This document shows positions 27,560 through 34,745 of a stretch of 64,000 nucleotides of DNA, piece after piece. The notes beneath the pieces are model-generated. The model made no database searches. It was not told the DNA's origin and saw only the letters and a list, made by a program, of their open reading frames with translations. The stretch comes from Treponematales bacterium (lineage in GTDB: Bacteria > Spirochaetota > Spirochaetia > Treponematales > JBGSOB01), in assembly GCA_041739325.1 (NCBI GenBank), contig JBGSOB010000100.1, forward strand, positions 3,737-67,736. The letters are read 5' to 3'. Position 1 is the first letter of the stretch. Every line of letters begins with the position of its first letter. A program made the position numbers and the translations under genes.

Positions 27560-28555
27560 CTAGAGATCCTCTATCGAGTCGGCAAAATCTTGCACGCAGT
27601 TGTGCTTGTAGACGGAGTGTGGCTCGATGGCCAGCCCGACAAAGCGCGGCTCCTGGGCCATGATATTCTTGCGATGTCCGCGGGAGGGGACGCCATCGTC
27701 AATGAGGAGTTGGAGAACGATATCCAGCGCCCCAGAATAGCCGTAGGAACAGTTCTCCCAAGGGCCGTTGTAACTTCCGGTAAAGCGACCGTAGCGTTTG
27801 ACCCTGTCAACCGGCCGCGAGCCGTCGGAGCCGTTATGGCCAGTAATACCCTTGCGGCCTGAATCCTTGGCGTGGTCGCGGGCTGCCGACGTCAAAGCAG
27901 CTGATGGACGGAGAAGGGCCCTCGGAGTGGCCGCCAGAAATTCATTGTAACATTCCAGTGCGTAGGCCCCGGACCCCTTGCGCCCTTCCAGATAAAGCTT
28001 GGCGAAGAGGGGCGGATTAGCCCTGGCCTTGTTGAGGAAGAGAAGCACTTTTTTCTCCTCCGCTGAAAGATAGGCCGCATCGCGCCCGCTATCAAGGGCG
28101 GCAAGATCCCAGCCCATGCGAGCTTCGGTTTCTTCGTAGGAGAGAGGCCTTCCCCCGCTTAGGCTCACGCGTATGGAGCCACGAGCGGCAAGGTGGGTAT
28201 AGGCGCCGCGGTTGGCGTAGAGAATGACACTGCCGGAAAGGGGGGCGTTCAGACTAAGCCCGTCTGTCAGGGGAAAGGCTGAGCCGCCCCCAATGCTCGC
28301 CATAAGGGTTCCAAGAGGGAAGCCGTCTATCAGTTTGAAGTCTCGGTGGCCGCGCCAATCGACCTCGGACCACTGATCCCACATCGACCACTGGCCCGTA
28401 AGCCGCAGGCTGAGGGTCTCGCCCTTTTCCACCCAGATACCGGTATCAAGGGGGCTCTGGTCGGCGCGGACGTCAATGGTAACCTGGGCCGCTAGCGTCT
28501 GGGCGATGAGGGCTGAGCAGAGGAAGAAGCCAAGCAAGCTTGATCGAATATTCAC
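27560..28555 (-). CDS. Secreted protein: N-terminal beta-rich (lectin-like) domain plus C-terminal CAP/SCP/PR1 domain
   Basis: Signal peptide MNIRSSLLGFFLCSALIAQTLAA. The CAP core reads GHNGSDGSRPVDRVKRYG...DDGVPSRGHRKNIMAQ...CVQDFA and is collinear with the 3524-4843 protein. Confidence 0.7.
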   Translation of the reverse strand: MNIRSSLLGFFLCSALIAQTLAAQVTIDVRADQSPLDTGIWVEKGETLSLRLTGQWSMWDQWSEVDWRGHRDFKLIDGFPLGTLMASIGGGSAFPLTDGLSLNAPLSGSVILYANRGAYTHLAARGSIRVSLSGGRPLSYEETEARMGWDLAALDSGRDAAYLSAEEKKVLLFLNKARANPPLFAKLYLEGRKGSGAYALECYNEFLAATPRALLRPSAALTSAARDHAKDSGRKGITGHNGSDGSRPVDRVKRYGRFTGSYNGPWENCSYGYSGALDIVLQLLIDDGVPSRGHRKNIMAQEPRFVGLAIEPHSVYKHNCVQDFADSIEDL

Positions 28556-28598
28556 GGGGTACTCCTTGAAGCGATTTCTCAGCCCATGTTAGCGAGAC

Positions 28599-29948
28599 TC
28601 AGCGTAGATCTTCCGCATAACGCGAGTCTAGTACGGTATAGGAAAGGAGGGCTTCCGCGTAGGTCCCCTCCGCGCCATCTTCAATACCCTGTAGAACGAT
28701 GCCCCGGTACGAGCCGGGCTCGCGACCTCCCCCAGCGGTCAGGGAGACAGACTCCCATCCTGTGGGGAAGGGCCGCTCGGAGGCGATGATTTTCAGAAAC
28801 TCAATGCCAAAGGGTTTGCGCATGACAAATTTCAGGCTCGTAGAAGGGTCTGGCACCGTAAGGCTCGCGTTCGCCGCCAAGAAATCCTTGGGCATGCGCC
28901 GATTGGGAAAAAGGAGCTGGATCTTGCCCGTAACATCTATGTGGTAGATGCGCAGATAGCAATCGCGGTCCGAGCGTAGCTTGAGGCTTAAAAGCTCACC
29001 GTCAAAGTAGACGGGGTCTACGCCACGGTTGAGCCAGGCTTGAAGCTTAATGCTCCCCGCGGCAGGAAGGACGGAATCGATCTGAGCCCGGATTTCCTGT
29101 GCGGCCGAATAGTTGGCTGGAAGGGGCTTGATTCCCTGAGGAAGGTCAGCCATGTCCAGCTCAATCGAGGCGGTAGAAAGAAGCAGGCCGCTCTCAACGC
29201 TTGAGAGGGATAGGGAGATGAGTATCCGCCCCGAGGAGACTGATGCCCGTCCTCTGAGGACGGCATCGATAGCGGGTAATTTTGACAGGGCTATGGACTG
29301 CCCCGGCGTGGCAAGAAGGGCGTAGGCAAGCTCCTGGGCTTCCAAGATGCTCTCCACCGCCCCAGAATCGAATATCTCGGCATAGGGATGGGCTACTAAG
29401 GCCTCGGTCAAGCGCTGTCCAAGAAAGATACCCAGCTCGGAACCATAGACACCCTCCGGGGTCTTCAATGCCTCCACCAGAAGGACGAGGGGTTTTTCGC
29501 GCTTGCCAAGAAGTTGGGCCACAACCGCATTGAGTGAGTCCCGCGCCCCCTGGCCTAGAGAATCCGTCAGAGCGCCATCAGACCACTGCCAGAGCCGGGT
29601 ACTCGCGGTTCCGCCTATCTTGGCAAGGACCAGGTTGCGTTGCCTGTCATCCATTTTTTCCAGGGAGCTGAAACGGCCAAGGGATGGAAAGACAGAAACG
29701 GTGAAGGAGGTGTATTTGCTGCGCACGCCGACAAAGGGGTCGGGAGTTCCGGGACGGGCATAGAGAACGGAGTCGGGGAAGAGCTCGTCGCCGCTTTTCA
29801 GCTCAGTGTTTTTACCGGCGTGGCTATGGGTGAACTGACCGTTCAAAGATACCGCCAAAGCGACGCAGGGCTGGGCCGCCGCAGCAATGGGAAAAAAAAC
29901 AAGGAGTATGCATAACAGGCGCGTTATTCGGGCCAAAGGTCTTTTCAT
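28599..29948 (-). CDS. Secreted protein with C-terminal DUF4384-like domain
   Basis: Signal peptide ...LLVFFPIAAAAQP. The C-terminal segment DRDCYLRIYHIDVTGKIQLLFPNRRMP resembles DUF4384. Confidence 0.5.
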   Translation of the reverse strand: MKRPLARITRLLCILLVFFPIAAAAQPCVALAVSLNGQFTHSHAGKNTELKSGDELFPDSVLYARPGTPDPFVGVRSKYTSFTVSVFPSLGRFSSLEKMDDRQRNLVLAKIGGTASTRLWQWSDGALTDSLGQGARDSLNAVVAQLLGKREKPLVLLVEALKTPEGVYGSELGIFLGQRLTEALVAHPYAEIFDSGAVESILEAQELAYALLATPGQSIALSKLPAIDAVLRGRASVSSGRILISLSLSSVESGLLLSTASIELDMADLPQGIKPLPANYSAAQEIRAQIDSVLPAAGSIKLQAWLNRGVDPVYFDGELLSLKLRSDRDCYLRIYHIDVTGKIQLLFPNRRMPKDFLAANASLTVPDPSTSLKFVMRKPFGIEFLKIIASERPFPTGWESVSLTAGGGREPGSYRGIVLQGIEDGAEGTYAEALLSYTVLDSRYAEDLR

Positions 29949-30044
29949 TGTTCCGCCTCGGCTCGAGTATAGGTGAAAATGAGGGCGCCGGCAAGATTAT
30001 TATTGCGCCCCCACGGCCTTCCAGCCTATACTCCCCCTAACGCC

Positions 30045-31634
30045 ATGGAACAGAGAAAAAGAAAGACACTTCCCCGTTGGCTCTCCATACAGCCCTACCC
30101 CCGGGGCAAGCTCTACGCCGAGCTCTCTATGGAAACCGCCACATCCGTCCTTGCCAGTCTCTTTATCTTTATCTGGCAATTCGTCTTTTCCGCCACCCCT
30201 TCCTTTCAGCTTTCCCTCTTCATGCAGGCGCGAAATCTCCTTTCGCCCGCAAGAGCTGGAGAGGCCGGGCTAGAGGACATGCACTGCCTTTCCATAGACC
30301 CACAGACCCTGCTCCGGATGAAGGACGAGCTGGGCAACGCGGCGGGCAAGATCCACAGCGAACAAGAAATCATCGGTAAGACCATTGCTTTATTGGTCGA
30401 CTATGCCCTCGAACGCCCCGAACGCCGGATTGTGGCCGGAGTGGATATCGTCATTGCCCAGTCTGGCGGCCAGGACACCCTCAAGCCGCTGGTAGCGGCA
30501 TTGGAGCGCATGCCGGAAAACCTCCAGATTGTCTTTGGAGACGCCATGCTGGTAGAGCCGCGCAAGGTCTCCGCCTTCAGCTCAGACTTCTTCTTGCGCT
30601 CCATCATCAACCCGGCGGCAAAGATAAACCCCCTAGTTCGCAAAAACTGCTTCGTTGGCCACCTGAATATAGACAGCGCCCGCCTCTATCCTTCCTTGGC
30701 AAGCCAGCCCCGTACTATCATCACCTCTATCCGCCCCGTCGTCCAATCTCCCTATAGCGGCCAGGACTATTTTTCTCTTTCGTTTCTCATGTACGCCCTC
30801 GGCGAGCTGGGAAGCTCAGGCGGATTAGCCGCTGAATTCCAAGACGGCAACACCATCCGCCTGAACCCGGATCGCTTCAACGCCGCCTTAGCGGCCAAGG
30901 CGGGGCGAAGTTGGTCGGGAATAGGCGAATCCTCCATTATCGATTGGCAAAGACCGGCGGCTGTCATCGAGCGCGCGCCCGGAGCCTTTTATCTTAAAGC
31001 CTCAGAACTCTTGCCTGAGATAGCCGCCAGCCCCTACAGCCTGGCACAGCAGCTTGAGGACATGGGAGCCTTTTGGGAGGGTTCATCAAAAGCCGGTCGC
31101 TCGGGAACGGACTATTTTATCATAGCCCGCGCAAACCTTCCTTCATTCCTGGTCCAAGAAGAAAGCGATGACCTTATCGACACGCCGGTAGCGCGGGTAG
31201 ACGGTTTTTCAGGTGAACCCGAACTTGTGTCCGGCACCAATGCCCACATCGAATTCTTAAGGAATTTGCGCATAGGCCGCTCAATCCAGGTTACGCCGCC
31301 CTGGCTCGAATGGCTCCTCCTGTGCGCCTGGGTTCTCCTCTCCCTAAGCCTGGCCCTGCGCTTGAGCCTGGTCAAAAACGCCCTTGCCCAGCTGGCCGTT
31401 CTCCTGGGCATTCTCCTCTTGAGCTTTTTCCTCTTTGTCGCAAGCGGCATACTCATCCAAGTGACGATGACCCTTACCGCCGGCGTCGTCGCCTTCTGCG
31501 TCATTACCCTGCTACGCTTCATTCGAACCGTAACCAGGCAGGAAGAGCTCTCCGGCCCCATGGCCGGCGGCGGAAGAAAGGCCCGGGGCCTACCGGGACA
31601 CCTACAGAGGGCGCGAAGGCAATTGAGAGGATAA
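30045..31634 (+). CDS. CHASE2-like membrane protein without recognisable cytoplasmic output domain
   Basis: One N-terminal TM, a roughly 380-aa extracytoplasmic region (CLSIDPQTL..., VAGVDIVIAQSGG, GHLNIDS) and three C-terminal TMs, which is the CHASE2 topology. The start is uncertain; alternatives are 29979 and 30129. Confidence 0.45.
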   Translation: MEQRKRKTLPRWLSIQPYPRGKLYAELSMETATSVLASLFIFIWQFVFSATPSFQLSLFMQARNLLSPARAGEAGLEDMHCLSIDPQTLLRMKDELGNAAGKIHSEQEIIGKTIALLVDYALERPERRIVAGVDIVIAQSGGQDTLKPLVAALERMPENLQIVFGDAMLVEPRKVSAFSSDFFLRSIINPAAKINPLVRKNCFVGHLNIDSARLYPSLASQPRTIITSIRPVVQSPYSGQDYFSLSFLMYALGELGSSGGLAAEFQDGNTIRLNPDRFNAALAAKAGRSWSGIGESSIIDWQRPAAVIERAPGAFYLKASELLPEIAASPYSLAQQLEDMGAFWEGSSKAGRSGTDYFIIARANLPSFLVQEESDDLIDTPVARVDGFSGEPELVSGTNAHIEFLRNLRIGRSIQVTPPWLEWLLLCAWVLLSLSLALRLSLVKNALAQLAVLLGILLLSFFLFVASGILIQVTMTLTAGVVAFCVITLLRFIRTVTRQEELSGPMAGGGRKARGLPGHLQRARRQLRG

Positions 31635-31636
31635 GC

Positions 31637-32599
31637 CTACTTGCCCCCGGTGGAGCCGCGGCCGCGATATTTGAAGAGGTTGGAGCGCTCCTGGATCTTC
31701 GTGCTTGGGTCCGAGAATTTTCTCACAACGGCCTCAGCCGCTTTCTGACCAAGGGAAAAAAGCTCGATGTCGACGCTTGAGAGGGGCGGGTTCAAGTATT
31801 CCATGAAGGGTAGGTCGTCAAAGCTCAAGACGCCGCGCTTTCCATCATTGAGAATAAGGGCAAAGTAATAGGAACCGCAGACAAAGGCGTCGCAGGGGCT
31901 GGAGCCCTCAGCCAGGAGTGAACGGGCGCGGAAGGGTTCAAGAAAGAGATAGACATCCGGGTTCCGCCCCTCGGCCTCGGCGGCTTCCCTAAAACCGGCC
32001 AAGCGATTGGCGTGGATACCGTCTCCCTCTACCCCGACAAAGGCAGGCCTCTCATAGCCGGCCTTGCGAATCCTTTCCCAGGCAAAGGCCCCAGCGGCGC
32101 GGTTGTCCACGTCTACCCAGTCGCCCTCGTAACCGGGAACCGGTTCGCCGATGAGCACAAAGGGTAGACCCATAGCATGCCATTCGGGGAGGACCGGCAA
32201 GAGAGGCGGGGTGGATTGAAGGATAAAGCCGTCTACGCGCTTCTGCTTCCAGAGGTCAACCAGTTTTCCCGGTGACTGTCCCCACACGTCCCAGTGGATA
32301 AGGAGGAGCTGATAGCCCCCCTCCCGGAGACCGGTTTCCATACCGGAGAGCATCTCAAACATAGAGGGATAGCGAAGGGCTTGGTTGGGTCCCAGGGACA
32401 TGACGACGCCCACCGTGCGCAGACTGCGGTTTACCAAACCCCGGGCGATGGAGTTGGGGCTGTAGTTCATCTCCTCCATAAGTGCACGGATGCGCTTCTT
32501 GGTTGCGGGGGAGATTCTAGGATGATCCGAAATGACCAAGGAGATGGTGGCTACTGAGACGCCGGCTCGTTTGGCGATTTCCACAATCGTCGTTGCCAC
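31637..32599 (-). CDS. LacI/GalR-family transcriptional regulator
   Basis: MATTIVEIAKRAGVSVATISLVISDHPRISPATKKRIRALMEEMNYSPNSIARGLV is the LacI HTH, followed by a periplasmic-binding-protein-like core. Confidence 0.92.
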   Translation of the reverse strand: MATTIVEIAKRAGVSVATISLVISDHPRISPATKKRIRALMEEMNYSPNSIARGLVNRSLRTVGVVMSLGPNQALRYPSMFEMLSGMETGLREGGYQLLLIHWDVWGQSPGKLVDLWKQKRVDGFILQSTPPLLPVLPEWHAMGLPFVLIGEPVPGYEGDWVDVDNRAAGAFAWERIRKAGYERPAFVGVEGDGIHANRLAGFREAAEAEGRNPDVYLFLEPFRARSLLAEGSSPCDAFVCGSYYFALILNDGKRGVLSFDDLPFMEYLNPPLSSVDIELFSLGQKAAEAVVRKFSDPSTKIQERSNLFKYRGRGSTGGK

Positions 32600-32615
32600 T
32601 TTTCCTCCTTTCCGA

Positions 32616-32644
32616 TTGACAGAAGTATAAAACAGGTGTAGGCT
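32616..32644 (+). promoter_or_regulatory. Candidate sigma70-type promoter of the amylase gene
   Basis: TTGACA (32616-32621), 17-nt spacer, TAGGCT (32639-32644). Confidence 0.45.
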
Positions 32645-32657
32645 GTTGTCATCCAGG

Positions 32658-32691
32658 TTAAACGTTTAATCATTTTAAGTTAAACGTTTGA
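32658..32691. promoter_or_regulatory. Two LacI-type operators: TTAAACGTTTAA (perfect palindrome, 32658-32669) and TTAAACGTTTGA (32680-32691)
   Basis: CG-centred palindromes typical of LacI/GalR operators, spaced 22 bp centre to centre, between the promoter and the RBS of the GH13 gene and divergent from the LacI gene. Confidence 0.7.
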
Positions 32692-32716
32692 CTTCGAAAA
32701 GAAAAGGAGATATACC

Positions 32717-34642
32717 ATGGCAAACCGTAGCCAACTGCCGGCAGGCTTCCTCGCATCCGTACTCGGCCTCTCCCTCGTGAGTGGCATAGCCTTCGCCAAG
32801 GATGCCGACTGGAACCGTAAATCCATCTATTATCAGGTTTTTGTCAGAAGTTTCTATGACGGAAACGGTGACGGAACGGGAGATATGCAGGGACTAACAG
32901 CCAAGCTCGATTATCTCAAAGACCTGGGTGTAGACGTCCTCTGGCTCATGCCCATCCATCCCAGCCCCTCCTACCACGGCTACGATGTCCGGGACTATCA
33001 AGCCATCCACCCCGATTTTGGGACGATGAAGGACTTTGACGCCCTCGTTAAGGCAGCCCATAAGCGGGGGCTCAAGATCATCCTCGACTACGTGGCCAAT
33101 CACACATCCTCCGAGCATCCCTGGTTCCAGAAGGCCCTTGCGGGAGACAAAAAATACATCGATTACTACCTCTGGTCGGACAAGGCCGAAAACGGTTCCT
33201 GGGGTCTCCAGAAAAACGGCAAGTATGCCTACTTCACCTTTGGGCCGCAGAGCCTCATGCCCGACCTCAATTATCAGAATCCGGCCCTTCGGGCGGATAT
33301 GATCAAGGCCGCCCAGTTCTGGATTAAAAAAGGGGTAGACGGTTTCCGCCTCGACGTAGCCCAGGCGATCGGGGATAACGACGACGAGATCACCCTGGGC
33401 TGGTGGAAGGAATTCAAGCAAGCGGTGCGCAAGCTCCGACCAGACGCCTTCATCATCGGCGAACTCAACTTCGACAAGCCCAGCGGCTACATGATGATGG
33501 CTCCCTACTTCGCTGAGTTGGACTCATCCTTCAATTTTCCCCTCTACAACGTGCTGACCCTCTTTGCCGCCAATGTGCAAAACGACCTTACCAAGACGGT
33601 CAACGCTTCCTTGGAATCCTATCGGGAATACAACCCCCAGGCCATGGACTGCATCACCCTGGGAAACCATGACCGCCAACGCCTGGCCTCCTTCCTCAAG
33701 TCGGACCCGGCCAAGCTCCGTAAGGCCTTTGCCCTTCTCTTGAGCCTGCCCGGCCGACCCTTCATCTACTACGGCGACGAGATAGGCATGCGCGGCGGCC
33801 ACGAGGGCCAGGGAGACCCCCTAAAGCGCGAGCCGATGGATTGGTACGCCGCCGCCAAAGGCCCCGGCCAAGTAGTCATGGACGAGAAGACGTACTCAAG
33901 CTCCGCCAAGAACCTCTCATCCTCGGACGGCATATCGGTAGAAGAAGGGGCGGCCGATCCGCAAAGCCTCTTCAGTTACGTAAAGCGCCTCATTAGGATC
34001 CGCAAAGAAAACCCCTTCATCTTTGAGGCGGATCTCCAACGCGTCGGAACGCCTGCAGGCCTCTTCGCCTACAAGCTATCCTCTGCCGGCTCCGACAGCT
34101 CCATCACCGTCGTGCATAACCAGGATTTTGGCGCCGAGGCCTCCATCACCCTTAGCCGCGACGCGCTGGAACTTATCTCCGGAAAATCCTACAAAGCGGG
34201 AGAAAGCCTTAAGCTGGAAGCCTACGCAAGCGCCTTCCTGCGTTGCGCCGGGGCAAACGCCCCCCTTGCGAATCACCCCATTATCGACAGCCCCCACCCT
34301 CCCTCAAAGCTGACCGTTCGCGTCCACGTCCCGGAGGACACGCCTGAGCCGACCACCATCTGGATGCCCAACTCTACCGATTCCTGGGACGCCAAGACGG
34401 TAACCCTCAACGATGGCCTAAAGCTTAAGAAAGTGGGCGAGAGGCTCTATGAGATTAGCGTAGTGCGCGACGGGGGAACCAGGATGGAATATAAGTTCTT
34501 CCGCGGCGGCTGGGAAACAAGCGAAACCCACGCTGACGGAAACTGGAACGGCAACCGCGAGTTCCTCTTCGTAAACCCAGATACCACGGTTGAAGTTTTT
34601 CTGGACGGTTGGCGCGATACGCGCTACAAGGGCGATAAGTAA
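32717..34642 (+). CDS. Secreted GH13 alpha-amylase family enzyme with C-terminal starch-binding-like module
   Basis: Signal peptide present. GH13 regions: DYVANHTS, GFRLDVAQ, IIGELN, LGNHD. The C-terminal roughly 100 aa (...YKFFRGGWETSE...) are CBM-like. Confidence 0.9.
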   Translation: MANRSQLPAGFLASVLGLSLVSGIAFAKDADWNRKSIYYQVFVRSFYDGNGDGTGDMQGLTAKLDYLKDLGVDVLWLMPIHPSPSYHGYDVRDYQAIHPDFGTMKDFDALVKAAHKRGLKIILDYVANHTSSEHPWFQKALAGDKKYIDYYLWSDKAENGSWGLQKNGKYAYFTFGPQSLMPDLNYQNPALRADMIKAAQFWIKKGVDGFRLDVAQAIGDNDDEITLGWWKEFKQAVRKLRPDAFIIGELNFDKPSGYMMMAPYFAELDSSFNFPLYNVLTLFAANVQNDLTKTVNASLESYREYNPQAMDCITLGNHDRQRLASFLKSDPAKLRKAFALLLSLPGRPFIYYGDEIGMRGGHEGQGDPLKREPMDWYAAAKGPGQVVMDEKTYSSSAKNLSSSDGISVEEGAADPQSLFSYVKRLIRIRKENPFIFEADLQRVGTPAGLFAYKLSSAGSDSSITVVHNQDFGAEASITLSRDALELISGKSYKAGESLKLEAYASAFLRCAGANAPLANHPIIDSPHPPSKLTVRVHVPEDTPEPTTIWMPNSTDSWDAKTVTLNDGLKLKKVGERLYEISVVRDGGTRMEYKFFRGGWETSETHADGNWNGNREFLFVNPDTTVEVFLDGWRDTRYKGDK

Positions 34643-34664
34643 GAATTTTTTCGTTAAACTTCCG

Positions 34665-34745
34665 GCGCGGCAGCGGCGGGGTTCCCAATGCTTGGCCGTC
34701 CCCTTGCGGCCGGCATTGGGGCTTCGCCTCAGCCGCGCTTTTTTT
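34665..34745 (+). terminator. Compound rho-independent terminator
   Basis: Outer stem GCGCGGC (34665-34671) / GCCGCGC (34732-34738) encloses the CCCAATGC...GCATTGGG hairpin and is followed by T7. The T-run overlaps the stop codon of the convergent gene. Confidence 0.7.
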
